Source: Negaprion brevirostris (taxonomy: Eukaryota). Taken from it: a stretch of DNA of 63,550 nucleotides. The stretch lies in the NCBI GenBank assembly GCA_030324005.1, contig JARDVH010000042.1:74814512-74878061 (forward strand), given 5' to 3'. Within the stretch, counting starts at the first letter, position 1; each line of letters starts with the position of its first letter. The translations under genes were made by a program, and so were the position numbers. Below the pieces are notes generated by a model that worked only from the letters and a program-made list of their open reading frames with translations, did not search any database and had not been told where the DNA came from. Shown one piece after another: positions 24,566 to 38,097 of this stretch.

Positions 24566-25823
24566 GTTTGTGCAAAAAAAATCTTGTGTTATAAAATACA
24601 CTAATTATATTTACAGAACTGGATTGAGCTGATCAAAAGAAGTTTAAAATCTAGGCTGGACCGAACAAATGAATATTTATTTGGTTCTAATTGAAGTAAG
24701 GTAAATAATATCCACTACTGAGTCTGAGCTAGCCACCGCAAAATTCCTCAGAGTGTGGCAGTGAAATTTATAACCCACTCAGACAACTAGTAAGACCAAA
24801 TGAAGATAGTGCCACAGGGCCTGTAACAGCAGGTGGTTGTGGCGGCACTGTTCCCGATAGCCAGACTGGTGTGAAGTCCTGCCTGATTCCACACTTGGAA
24901 TCTCATTAATTATGCTGAAACGAGTATCTTACCAAATCGTGCCAAATGAGCAGGTCAGGAGCTGATTTGTCCGTCCATCAGCTGGTGGGTTTGAAGATCC
25001 AGGCACCATATTTAAATGCCAGCCCAAAACACTCTCCAGCCCAGCTCTCTCCAGCCCTCTGGGCACCAGGCAGTGCCATTGAGCAGGGCCTTTATGGGGG
25101 TGGGGCCATGATGGGGCAGGGCCTAGAGGGAGTTAGGCGAGGGAGCTGTATACTCTGCAGTCGGGGATTGACTGGGCTGTGTGGAGGAGTCAATCAACTG
25201 GAGGGAGTTGGGGATCCAATTGCCTGTGGTGAGGGGTTGGGGGGATCAGCCAGGGTGGGTATTGGTGGGGGAGTGATCCTCTGNNNNNNNNNNNNNNNNN
25301 NNNNNNGGGAGTGGGGGGGTACTAAAGATTTCTGTTCTGTTGCACAGAACAAGGAAGTCTGCACATGCATGATAGCATCCTCTAATGTGGGCAGTTGGCT
25401 TTTCTGTCCACTCTGTCCACTCCCTCTACTAGTGTGAATCACACTTTAATTCTTTTTTTGCACTAATTGCCACAAGATCATGTCTGAAAACTCACTGAAA
25501 AAATGGTGCGATGCTCTCCCATTTTCACACTCATTCAGCACTTTCTTTTGGTAAGATTGCCCCTTTGCTCTATCTGTTCACAGAGCAGGTTATCTTTAAG
25601 TCCCAAGAGGCAACCTGGAAAAATGCAACTGCTTTACCGGGGAATTTATGAACAAGATAGATTTATTTGTCACCTATGACTGGTATGCTCCATAAAGTTA
25701 CCATAGCAACAGTTTCAAGAAGGAGGTGATTGTTTAAAATGATTTGTAAATGCCCAGTTTTATTGCGAGGCCAAACACTATTGAAATTTTGCTTTGCAAT
25801 GTGATTATATCTTGTTTTTGCAG

Positions 25824-25980
25824 GAACTTCCTGAAAGTTTAAAGGACAAGACTTACCTGAAAGAGTGGCATATTAAGAAAACAAGTATAGAAATCATCCC
25901 ATCCTTTATTGTCATGTTTCAGGACCTGATTGTGATGGATTTATCCAGGAATTGTATAAAGGAACTTCCAGCTGAAATAG
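25824..25980 (+). CDS. LRRC2: LRRC2 coding exon 3 (ELPESLKDKTYLKEWHI...DLSRNCIKELPAEI[G])
   Basis: Acceptor ttgtttttgcag|; 157 nt; donor ATAG|GTACTT; LRR pattern LxxMDLSxNxIxxLP. Confidence 0.96.
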
Positions 25981-26789
25981 GTACTTATGGTTCCTACTGA
26001 ATTGAGAAACTGTGGGCTTTAAATTGCTATAGAAATCCCATGTTTTCATATTTTTGGTGCCTGTCCTTCAAAATATGATTTGCTATTGCACAGTGGGCAA
26101 TGAAATATATCCTCTTAATGGGGCAGTCCAACATAATTCATTAACGCTGCAGTAGATATGAATCATTCATAGCGTGAAATGCATGTTCCATTACCCAGCA
26201 TATTACATTCTGTTCATTTTATTCATTCCAGCAAGTACAATGTAGAGAGAAGACAGCAGAGCAACGTTAGTTTTCTTAACGGAGATCTTAGATACCGAGA
26301 ATTCAATACTGCCTAGAAAGGCGAGGAGCATAGAAAGTGCAGGGGTGCAGGGTCAAAAGGCAATTAGGAAAGCGAAGAGAATGCTTAAAAACATGTTGGC
26401 AAGTAAAATCCATGAAAGCCCGTAGATATTTTGTGGAATAGATAAAAACCAGAGGATAATGAGGAATGTGTAGGGCCTAGTAGCAGATTTTCACTGTAGC
26501 TTTATTGCAGTGTTGATGTAACCCTACTTGCGACAATAATAAATAAACTTTAAGAAATGATTTGAGACTAGAATAGGTAACCTGTGTATGGGGGTGGAAG
26601 ACATGGTTCTCAATGATACTTGCACCTGTCTTCATAAGAGGAGATGAAGTAGACATTGCAATTAAGACAGAGCAGCGTGAAATATGAGATGGAATAAATA
26701 TAGTGAGAGAGGAAGTATTAAAAAGTTTAACTTCTCTGAAAGTAGATAAGTTGTCAGATGAAATCATTGAAACTTCAGTCACGGGGTAA

Positions 26790-28290
26790 GTTAGTATGAC
26801 TTTGAATATTTCATATTTGCTCCTATGAAGTGTTTGCCCAAGATGGCATCTTGTACAAAGAAACTTGAGTCATTATTCCTAAGGAGGTGAGGAAAGAGAT
26901 GCTGAAGGACATCCATGCAAGCCATCAAGGAATCAAGTCTAATCTGCAGAAGGCATGAGAAGTGCTTTACTGGCCAAACATGAGCAATGAGATCAAGGAC
27001 CATATTATTCAGTGTAGTGGCAAAACTAAACAGCCTTTCAAGACGCATAAGAACATAGACAGACCATGGATGAAGATTGGAATAGACCTCTTCACTCTCT
27101 TTAGAACTGACGATCTTGTTACCATTGACCACTATTCAGACAACTGGGAGTTAGACAAGATGACATCAATGACCACCAATGAGACTGTAAAATGCCTGAA
27201 AGTAACTTCAGTCTTTATGCATTCCTGACATTGTAATGAACGATAATAGCCCCCAGTTTATGAATGAAGAATTCAGGCATTTGATAAATAATTGCGAAAT
27301 CCAGTAGTACACATCCATCTCTGCACTATCTCCACACAAATGGAAAGGTTGATGCAGCGAAAATTATCAGAAGTTTCATTAAAAAGTTGAGTAGATCCAG
27401 CATAAATGTGTACAAGGCAATCCTAGATTGGTGAAACAAGCCTACAGAGGGCATTATTATCAACTGCTTCCAAACTACTCTTCCAGCAGCGAATCACTAC
27501 TGAAACCAGAAGTGATGACAGGCATGAATATCAAAATCAAATTGAAACAACAGAAAGCCAAATTTCACCTCGATCAAGCTGCCAAATCATTGTCAGGGCT
27601 GAGAATTGGAGAACTGGTCAGAGTGCAAACATTCAACGTTCTCAACAGAAATAAGCCAACTCGGCAACTTAGGATTTGTGTAGATCATGTGCAGTAAATA
27701 TGAATGACCAAATATAATGTCATAATCGCAGGCATATACATGGAACTGGAGAAGATGTTCCCTTGCTGATATGGAGGATAGAAGCCGCACAAGGAACTGA
27801 ATGACCATCAGCCCCAGAGGTGAACTATTTCCCAACAAAGGCAACGGATCAACAACAACAATTACTAATACAGCAACATGTGCCAAGGCAGCGAAATTAT
27901 CCGGAGAAATAATGTCACCCCAGGAATGAGCAAACACACCAGGCGAACAGCTAATAAATCGCACAGGTCCCATTAGAAGAGCTGCACATTTTAATGATTT
28001 TGTGTGAAACGCCTGTGTAAGGAAAGACAAAAATGGGTCAGACTAAAATAACCAATTTTTTGTACATGTATGATGATTTTCGTTGTAGAACATGTATGTA
28101 CTGACTTGCAAATGATAGTGTGTCCAAGGGGTTTTTCTATATAAAAAGAGAGATGTTTGGGGAGGTGCTTTGGTGCAGTATGGCCAAAGGCCTGGCATAG
28201 CCATCCTTGGTGTATAAAGGCTTGAGAACAGAAGACACTTCATTCACCACTTGGAACAACCCAACCTACACCATGTTGGGGGAATTCACT
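26790..28290 (+). mobile_element. Gypsy/Ty3 LTR retrotransposon relic: integrase, PPT and probable start of 3' LTR
   Basis: DGILYKET*VIIPKEVRKEMLKDIHASHQG...VLYWPNMSNEIKDHIIQCS (HHCC domain) and RPWMKIGIDLFT...LVTIDHYS (integrase core); purine tract aaaaagagaga followed by TG at 28154. Confidence 0.85.
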
Positions 28291-28299
28291 TATGGTAAT

Positions 28300-30180
28300 A
28301 CCATTGANNNNNNNNNNCATTGACCATTGTTAAGGGATGGTGATTCAATTTTTTCTTGTTGGAGATGGTCATTGCCTGGAACTTGCATGACATGAATATT
28401 ACTTGGCATTTATCAGCCCAAGCTGAACATTGTCCAGGTCTTGTTGCATGTGAGCAGACAGAACTGTGCAATAATCAATATATATCTCCATTTTTGATTT
28501 GATTTTATTTATTATTGTCACATGTATTAGTATACATGTGAAAAGTATTGTTTCTTGCATGCTATGCAGACAAATCATACCATTCACAGAGAAGGAAATG
28601 AGAGAGTGTAGAATGTAATGCTCCAGTCGTAGCTGGGGTGTAGAGAAAGATTAACTTAGTGTGAGGTAGGTTCAATCAAAAGTAGATGGCGGCAGGGAAG
28701 AAGCTGTTCTTGAACTGGTTGGTATGTGACCTCAGACTTTTGTATCTTTTTCCCAGTGGAAGAGATGGAAGAGGATATGTCCAGGGTGCGTGGGGTCCTC
28801 TGAACTTATGATGGAATGAAGGTCATTGATGAGGCAATGGCAAATGTTTGAACCTAAGCAATTTCTGCAGTGATGTCCTGGGCTGAGATGATTGGCCTCT
28901 GATGCCCACTGTTATCTTCCTTTATGTAAAGTATGACTCCAGCCACTGGAGAATTTTCTTCCCAATTCCTATTGATTCCAATTTTACTAACACTCCTTGT
29001 TGCCGCACTCGGTCAAATGCTGACTTGATGTGCTGTGCAATCACTTTCACCTCACCTCGGAAATCCAGCTCTTTGGTTCATGTTTCTAATGAAGTCTGGA
29101 GCCAAGTGAGTCTGTTAGAATCCAAACTGAGCATCAGCGCGCAGGTTATTGATGAGTAAGTGCTGCTTGACAACACTGTCAATAACACCTTCCATCATTT
29201 TTGCTGATGATTGAGAGTAGACTGGTGCCACAGTTATTGACTGGATTGGATTTGTCCTGCTTCTTGCAGCCAGGGCATACCTGGGTAATTTTCCACATTG
29301 TTGGGTAGATGCCCACACTGTTGCTGTGCTGGAACAGCTTGGCTATAGTGTGACTTATTCTGGAGTGCAAGCCTTTGGCACTGCAACTAGGGTACTGCCT
29401 GCGCCTTTGCTGTATCAACACACTCAACTATTTTTGATATTAGAGGGAATTGGCGGACAAGTACTTCTGTGATGGTAGGGACCTCAGGCAGAGGCCAAGA
29501 TGGATCAACAATGGAGCATTTCTGATTGAAGGTGGTTGCAATCACTTCAGCCATGCCTTTTAAATTCATGCGCTCGTGTCTGTCATCATTGAAGAGTTTC
29601 ATAGAGACTCTTTCCCCTGCTGGTGCTGAATTGTTCTCCACCATTCATGACTAGAGGTACCAGGATTGCAGAGCTGTGATCTGGGGTTGCCAGATTACTA
29701 ACCTCTGCAGGTTAGCATGCATGGAGTTCTGTGTTGTAGCTTCAGGAGTTGTCACCTGATTTTTAGGTATGCCTGGTGCTGTTCTGGGAATTGCCTTTTA
29801 CATTCCTTATTATTAATCAATATTAATTGACTGGCCTGATGGGAAGAGCAGGACGAGAGTTCCATGGGATTACAGGTAGTCGTAAAATACAATCTGTTGT
29901 TGCAAGTGGTCCACAGACCCTCGTGAAGGCCCTGTTATGAGCTTCTAGAATTGTTCTGCATCTGTCTCATTCAGTGCCACACAGCACATTGGAGGGTGTC
30001 CTTACTGCGAAGAAGGGATTTCATTTCACAACTGTGCGGTAGACACGCCTGCCAAAGCTTTCATGGCCTGATCCATCCACGATATGCATATTGGTAATGA
30101 TGTAGTTTTTCCTTGATGTTGGTTCTTTCACTACTTGCTGCAAGCTCAGTCTGAAAGCTGTGGCCTTCTGGATTGGCTTG
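28300..30180 (-). mobile_element. CR1-group LINE ORF2 fragment
   Basis: VGIYPTMWKITQVCPGCKKQDKSNPVN...SLLSIISK and MMEGVIDSVVKQHLLINNL..DAQFGF. Confidence 0.85.
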
Positions 30181-31198
30181 TTGATTTTACACTTCTCTAA
30201 AATTGAGTGATCTAAACTGTCCCAATTCCCATTTCTTTGTGTTTGTCATAGGCACTATGTGGGAGGTCTATGAGAATGGATGTGCAGATAAAGATTGTAA
30301 AATGGTGCAGTTTGACATTTTTTTTGACCATACAGTATAAAGGTTGTGTTCTAGACTGCAATGGCACTTAAGGATAAAGCATTTAAGAGCAACTTGGGAC
30401 AAGATAGAGGCCATATTTTTGCTGTGCAGTTCTTCACCTTATAAATTCAGCCATACAGTTCACATTTTTTGGCTGTTAACTGGCCTACTAAGCACTCAAT
30501 AAAACAGGCAGAAAGTTAGTGTTGTAAGTCAGAGGTGCAGAACCAGTTCTGTTGGGGAATTAAAATTAAATATTTGTAAACTGTCTACGCCAAAAGAGCT
30601 ACAGATGCACAAAACTGCACTTTTATATCTTGCTCTTTTTCCAAACATTCCTTGAGCTAATAACTTTGAACTTGTCCTCTCTCTGTGTTTTAGGAAGTGG
30701 TGGCTTATTAAAAACTCCACACCAAAGTGTACAGAACTGGACGCTACACCGTAGCAAGGATGTGAACACAATGGAGAGAGTAGAGAAGGAGTTTACAAAA
30801 GTGGTTCCAGAGATGAGAAATTACAATTATGAGGATAGATTAGAGAACTTGGGATTGTTTCCCTTGTTATCCTCACACCCTCCCAACANNNNNNNNNNNN
30901 NNNNNNNNNNNNNNNNNNNNNNNNNNNNNNNNNNNNNNNNNNNNNNNNNNNNNNNNNNNNNNNNNNNNNNNNNNNNNNNNNNNNNNNNNNNNNNNNNNNN
31001 NNNNNNNNNNNNNNNNNNNNNNNNNNNNNNNNNNNNNNNNNNNNNNNNNNNNNNNNNNNNNNNNNNNNNNNNNNNNNNNNNNNNNNNNNNNNNNNNNNNN
31101 NNNNNNNNNNATGCAGGGTCAACTGGGTACCTCTATAAACATCGAGGGCTATTGGATTCTCTATGGCAGATGCGTTGTGCGGCATGGAGGGACAGGGG

Positions 31199-31490
31199 CA
31201 GACAGTGGCACACTGGTCAGCAAGTTGGGTCACTGTCTGTGTGGAGTTTGCATGTTCTGCCCGTGTCTGCATGGGTTTCTTCCGAGTGCTCCAGTTTCCT
31301 CCCACAGTCTGAAGATGTGTGGGTTATGTTAAATTGCCACTTAGGATCCTGGGACACATAGGTTAGAGGGATTTGTGTGATAAATATATGAGGTTATGGG
31401 TATAGGGTATAGGAGGGATTGTTGTTGGCACAGATGTGATGAGCCGAATGGCCTCCTTGTGTGGGTCCTACATTTTATATGAGTTCTATG
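31199..31490 (+). mobile_element. Degenerate HE1-type V-SINE
   Basis: gggtcactgtctgtgtggagtttgcatgttct...ccagtttcctcccacagtc; tail gagccgaatggcctcc. Confidence 0.85.
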
Positions 31491-33030
31491 CTGGGTTGCA
31501 GCTGCAAAGCTTAATATAATGCCTCCCAATGCCTTGCACCCAACCTTTAATCCTTGGTGCATAAATTTCCACCCACTCCCTGACTTTGAGAACAGACAGC
31601 TGACATTTTTAAGGCTTAAATCACAATGGCCAGTTAGTTAGACAAGAATGTCTCAGGAATATTTGAGGGCACTATTACTCTCTGAGGCAGAGACAGACAA
31701 CATCAATAGACACTGTCCATAGTGAGGACTTGTCATCCCAAAATCTCATTGCTGTCGGGCCTTTACCCTTAAAACACTTGAACTGCCGAAGGATTCTGAT
31801 CTTTTTCATTTTTACAAGCCACTGAACCCAAACCCATTTTTGGGAAGTGAAAAAGTCACATGTCAGAATGATAGAAAACTCTTTTTCAGGATCCATAATG
31901 TGTCCTTGCAGTGATCAAGAGCGTAGCAATTCCATGCACATTTTCCATTAAATTGTACTATATACTTGGGAGAAGTTCCTGCTACTTGCTATTAACCAAG
32001 AGAAGGCTCAAACCTGTGTGTGTCAGTTGTCTAATGATCACTATCCTTCAGAAGAAGATACGTGAGTTCTCTTTGTGTTCTAATGATACCTCGTGATGAG
32101 AAATTGAAGCTCTGTTAGCTGAAACTGGAGCCAGACATGTTTGTAGTACACCAGGGTGACATTCACAATTAAGCAGCTAGTCTAATTCATTGATCAGACA
32201 TGGTGGTGTAGATATGTTGTTGGAATCAAGTCACTTTTTATGTGTTAACCTGAATCTTGTGCATCACTGAGCTATTGTCATATGGGGACATTTAGCTAAA
32301 TTCTGTCATCACCAGACATCAAACTGCATATTTTCAGCAGGGGGCACTGAATAGCAATAAGTAGTAGCAACTCTTGCAGATATTTGCCTTCCCTGCCACA
32401 TGAATGCTGAGGACAGTGCTGCTCAGGCTGGGCTAGTTTAACACAGAACTAAGGATAAAATCTGACCAGTGCGCTTCAGTTTCATACAGCGCATGCCTGA
32501 GTCATAGTAGCAAAGATTCCATTTTTCAAAGAATAATAGCCAAGAAATTACTGTTTGTGATATTATCTTAGAAACACTTAATCCGTGCGCATGAACTGTC
32601 TGCTAGTTCATCAGTGTTGTTAACCTGCTTATTTCAGTTGTGTTAATGCCCAGGAACGCCATACAAATGTGTTAAGCATTTCTTTTCTATTGCTGCAACC
32701 AGTAATTTGTGGGCTATTATTACTGTCTATTGCTTCAGCAACATACTTCACTGCACCACAGTACACAACCCAGTTCTGCAGTTGTCTCACATGATTGCTA
32801 AAGGTTTTAGCTCTTGTTTCAAAATTGTTCAATTGAGATAACTATTCAATATACAGTAGCTTATTTTCTGAATATTAAAATGAAATTTGCAATAGTCAGA
32901 TAATTTAAATACTTCTTGATGGTTGTAGCCTGAGGATACAGAATATTGGTAGAAGCAGAACAGCTTGTGAAAATGGTATTAGCTTCAGTCTTATCACTGT
33001 GTTCCTTTGATTCATGCTTTAAAGTTCCCT

Positions 33031-33373
33031 CATAGAATCATAGAATCCCTACAGTACAGATAAACACCATTTGGCCCATTGAGTCTGCACTGACCCTCTA
33101 ACAGCATCTTACCCAGGCCTTATCCCCATAACTCCATGTGTTTACCCCACTAATCCCCCAATCTACACATGTTGGGATACTAAGGGGCAATTTAGCATGG
33201 CCAGTCCACCTAACCTGCATATCTTTGGCCTGTGGGAGGAAACTGGAGCACCCAGTGGAAACCCACACAGACACAAGGAGAATGTGCAAACTCCACACAG
33301 TCACTCAAGGCTGGAATCGAACCTGGGTTGCGAGGCAGTGAGGCAGCAATGCTAACCCCAGTGCCACTGTGCC
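33031..33373 (-). mobile_element. Full-length HE1-type V-SINE
   Basis: Reverse complement of the 12411 copy, from the (catagaat)n tail to the tRNA head. Confidence 0.92.
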
Positions 33374-34401
33374 TCGCTCTCCAGCATAAGCTGATAATAG
33401 TGTCAATAAATCTCTTTCCTTTCAACCAAATATGCCAGCAGCATATAAATGCCACAATGACACCACAACAAGGTTAACCTAGCTCACATTATTACCGTTC
33501 ATACTACATTACTGATTTCAAAGGGTATCAGTTCATTATCATGCAGTATTAATTTATTATCTTTCATACATTTGCATAATTTATCATATGCATAATTTAG
33601 GTAAAATCCAAACTCCAGAGAAACAATAATTCTTTTATTCACTGGTCTCTTAATTTAATTACAATTGAAATTCTCACTATTTCATATTACTGTGATCAAA
33701 GCATGTTGCGTTCAGCCAGTTAAGCTATCTGAATTGATATTTCCTGTTAAGATTTAGTCGTAAGGAATCACACAGCAAATTTTCCAATTGCATGGAATAA
33801 ATAGCAGTGTAATGCATTGTGGCATGAACACCAGTTCTATGTTCAGAGTGGATTATTTCTTTAAGTGCCCTTTTGAATTCCTGAAATTCTGGAAAGCATC
33901 ACAGGATTCAAGTATTTTGGCACCTTTCTAAACAGTTGTTCCATACGCTAATCAGTTGCAATCATCTAATCTTTGCTACAACATGCATTTCATGAAGAAT
34001 TCTGCTGTAATTTTTAAATGATCAAAGTCAGAGTGATATTTTCCACTGTTCCATGACGCACACATCAGCTCGTGTATTCCAATATTAAATTCAACAACTG
34101 CTACATGACTTCAACATGAACAGAACCATATATCATATCAGAGTGTTCAACTCTTAACGATTTCCAACAGACCCACCTTTCACTTGTTCCTAGTTTTCAT
34201 TTTTTTTAAAAAAAAAGCCTATTTAATCACTCACTACATGCTATAAAAACAGATTGACTGTTTGCAAAAAGTAAAAGATTTTTTAAAGCGCAGATGAGTT
34301 CTCAGTGTCCTGGACAATAATCATTAGTATCATATGCTATTTGCGGAACCTCGTGATGCCCAATTTGGCTGTTACAGTTGCTATATCACAACGGTCAGTA
34401 T

Positions 34402-36156
34402 GGGCAGAATTTTCCCCTGGGGTTTGGGACCCTGATGCCAGAGCCTTATGGAGCTCCCCAAGCACATGCTTGCCAGGAGCCAGTCTGGCTGCACTATATT
34501 CCTGAAGGTGGCCTAATTAGCTGCTTTCACACTTTTGGGCAGGCTCCTGATGTTGTCAGGGACAGGAGAATGTGACAACGAAGGAGGCAGGTAAGAAAGT
34601 AGAAGTAGTGGAGCACCAACCCTCGCAATTGCCCAACACGTTTGAGGTTCTTGCGACTTGTGAGAATGAAAGACTGCAGGGCAGATGAGCAAAGTGACCA
34701 CGGCACAATGGTACAGGGACTCTTTGAGGTTGGGGGAGAAAATAGGAACCTATTGGTAGTAGATGTCTGATAATCAGGGAGATTAACACAGTTCTCTGAA
34801 GCTGAGAGCGGGAGTCTAGACGGCTGTGTTGCCTGCTGGTGCCGGGATTCGGGACAAATGATAAGGGCTGAAGAGGAACTTGCAGTGGGAGGGGACGGAT
34901 CCAGCTGTCATTGTCCACATTGGTACCAATGACATTGATAGGATTAGGAAAGAGATTCTGCTTAGGGTTTATGAGCAGCTAGGGACTAAATTAAAAAGCA
35001 GAATCTCAAAGGAGATAACCTCTGGATTACTACCTGAGCCATGAGCAGATTGGCACATGGTAAATAAGCTTAGAGAGATAATTTGCCTCTCTATTTTTTC
35101 TGCCAAAGTGGATAACCTCACACATATCCATCTGCTAAATTTTGGCCCATTTTCCAGCCTATTTATACTTATTTGTAGAATCTTTATATCTACTTCACTC
35201 GCTGCTTTCCCACCTATTTTAGTATCATTCAAAAATTTTGCTATGTTACACTCTGTTCCTGCTTACAAGTCATTTATATAGATTGTAAACAGTTGAAGTT
35301 TGAAGACTGACCTCCGTGGCACCCTGCTAGTTACATTTCACCAGCCAGAGAAGGATCTATTTATCCTAAACCTCCACTTTCTATAAGTTCGCCAATCCTC
35401 AATCCAACCTAGTGCTCTACCCCCGGTCCCCTGCGATCCTACCTATAGGATCAGTCTTTAGAGTTGCACTTTGTCATACACCTTCTGGAAGTCTAAATAT
35501 ATTACATCCATAGGCTCCCTACTATCTACCTTGCTGATTACACCCTCAAAGTACTCAAGCAAGTTTGTCAAGCATGACTTTCCCTTCATAAAGCCATGCT
35601 GACAATGGTGGATTAAGCTTTGTCTTTCCAAATACTCAGTCATTTCCTCCTTGATGATTGATTCCAGCAACTTCCCCACCATAGAGGTCAAGCTAACTGG
35701 CTCTCCTTGCCAACTTGCCTAGTTCCATTGACAGTTCTTTGACAGGGTTGACAGTTCCAATTGATTTACACATAAGCATGTCTACTTTTTTAAAATTCTA
35801 AAGGTTTCCTCACATCCCCAAAGTGTGTCTTATCTCCCCCTAAGATGCCCGTTACCATATCAAAGATGTATCTTGCTTCTTCAAAGGGGTACTCTTGGCT
35901 ACTTAAACAAATTCACCAAGTTCCGACTTGGTCTTACCTGATTTAATCTGCACACTTTGGGTTTCAAACTCCTGGTCTACCCAAATCTCACTTCTGCAAA
36001 TAACCAGTTGCCTCTGCGAACATGAATTCTGCCCTGACTCTGCTCCCTGCACAATGAAAATTAAACATGCCATGTTTGAGGCTGGAACTTTGATTTCTGA
36101 CCATTCTGATATTCTCACCACAATGTAGACTCTCTGTCATGATGAAAATCTGGCCC
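34402..36156. mobile_element. Harbinger-type TIR element hosting oppositely oriented CR1 fragments
   Basis: TIRs gggcagaattttc / gaaaatctggccc. Inside are a CR1 ORF1 esterase-like segment (+, 34700-35070, ...VHIGTNDIDR) and CR1 RT (-, 35080-35700, QHGFMKGKSCLTNLLEYFE...DVIYLDFQKVYDKV). Confidence 0.7.
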
Positions 36157-36419
36157 ATTATTATATTGGAACATCTGCATTGTTTCTAATGTAATAAAGT
36201 TGCAGTTGGTGCAGCTGTCCTTTATTTGGAAAAGGAAAAGTTAGGAAGAAAAATCTATCTCGAGATTCTGCCGGTTATCCCATTTGGAAGAATATCTTGT
36301 AGTTTCTAATGTGGATGTGCTTGGGATTTGATATGATGCCACATGGGAGTTTGAGAGCTTGGCAATATTTAAGCCTGACACATAAATCATGGTCACTTGG
36401 ATGGAGCATCCAAGGATAG

Positions 36420-36815
36420 AAACACTTGGATTTGTACGCCCTTCCTGACCACTGGAGGTTCCAGAGTGTTTTACAGTCAATGTAATACTTCTGAAGTGTA
36501 ATCACTATTGTAAAGTAGGGAACTCACAGTGTGATTATTGTCAGATAATCTGCTTTTAGTGATGATGTCTGAGCAATAAGTATTGGCCAGCACATGGGAG
36601 AACAACACTGGTCTTCTTGGTGTTATTGCATCCGCCTGAGAGGACAGTTGAGGCCTTGGCTTAACATCTTAATGGAAATATGGCACCTCTGACATTTCAG
36701 TTCTCCCCTCATGACTACACTGAGTGTTTGCCTAGATTTTTGAACTCAAGTCTTTGAAGTAACAACTTTCTAACTCAGAGGCAAGAGTACTATCAACTGA
36801 ACCACAGCCGACACC
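36420..36815 (-). mobile_element. Deu-domain SINE (SacSINE1-like); weaker copies ~6310-6600 and ~49130-49330
   Basis: The minus strand has a tRNA-like head and the Deu core (gatgttaagccaaggcctc..ctgtcctctcaggcggatg...ctggccaatacttat). Confidence 0.7.
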
Positions 36816-37020
36816 ATGGTGACAGATGCCCATGGAATTGCGTTCTTTAGGAATGCTAGATAGTAGGGGACCAAACTGGCAGAGCGAATAAACAAGCATC
36901 AAATCATAAAGAAGATCTTGTCATCCTATTGCTCACTCAGTAAATTGTACCTGCCATGCTTCCTTACAGTAAAGATTGATGGTACTGATAAATAAAGATC
37001 TGATGCTTGTGCTTTGACAG

Positions 37021-37157
37021 GAAAAATGACCAAACTGAAAGAACTGAATGTTAGTTATAACAAGCTGACATCTGTTCCCCTGGAGCTTGGGTGCTGCGAG
37101 AACCTCGAAAAATTGAATTTATCAAGTAACCTGGAACTGACAGAGCTCCCATTTGAG
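37021..37157 (+). CDS. LRRC2: LRRC2 coding exon 4 (KMTKLKELNVSYNKL...NLELTELPFE)
   Basis: Acceptor gctttgacag|; 137 nt; donor GAG|GTAATG; two LRRs; ELGxCENLE and NLELxELPFE match LRRC2. Confidence 0.96.
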
Positions 37158-37619
37158 GTAATGTCTTTGGATGAAACAACTAATGGTCTCCGTGCTGTGG
37201 ATAATTTAAATCAAGACCTGTACAAGCTGTATGCCACAAAGAACATGTGGTGTGTTTGTATAAAGACTTGTGCTTATTGTTCAACTGAAGCTATTTAAAG
37301 TGGTTGCTCTTTGTATTGTGTGGTACTACTGTACAATTATCAAACTCTTATTTCCAAAGTATCCTTAAAAACAAGGTGCTTCTAATCTTCTAATTCTGTA
37401 TCATCACCTGATATTTTCAAGCAATGTGTGACTGTCTAAAAATGAAGTGATTGGCCATTTGTTTAACTAAGCAGGACGCACATCTGAAGAATGAAATTAA
37501 AATATTCACAAACAAATTTTAGCTACAATTCTAACCTTTATCCATGCAAACTATAATCAGTCTTTTCTATCCAAGGTCGTTGAATGTCGCATTCTCTTAA
37601 AAGCATGCCTACTTTCCAC

Positions 37620-38090
37620 AGTTCTGTTTGAACCCCTCCAGTCAGGTTTCTATCCCAACTGTAGACCTGAAACAGCTCTTAGCAAAATCACAAATGGCAT
37701 CCTATATGACTGAGACTGAGGTAGATTATTTCTCGGAACACTTCTCAGCCTGGCTGCAGCCTTTGACATGATCTGCCATCCAGTTGGGTGGGACAGCCTT
37801 CCAGATCCATTGCTATCTATTCATTGAGAACCAGAGATTCACCTGTAATGGCTCTTCTTTCTTCTTTTGCACTATTACATCTGGTGTTCCCCAAAGATCT
37901 ATCATTGTTGCTCTCCAATTTCTCAGCTATACATTGCCCCTCATAATATTATACAAAAACATGTAAGCTTCCATAAGGTCACTGACAACACCAGCTTGCC
38001 TCAGCACCTTCTCTCACAACTCCTCTGCTGACTCTGATTTGTCAGGTTGCTTGCCTGACATTTGAGTGTTTGATAACACTCCTGTGAAAT
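37620..38090 (+). mobile_element. L2 LINE RT fragment and 3' tail
   Basis: QSGFYPNCRPETALSKITNGIL...LAAAFDM and GVPQRSI; tail ctcctgtgaa. Another L2 piece lies at 59280-59880 (-): ETLMHAFVIFRIDYYNA...ILTDLHWL. Confidence 0.8.
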
Positions 38091-38097
38091 GTCATAC

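Noticed and set aside
30630-31361. 243-aa ORF and other long ORFs containing X runs (9658, 13642, 20270-20728, 21709)
   Set aside because: Lengths are inflated by N gaps; the real parts are CR1, SINE or Penelope fragments.
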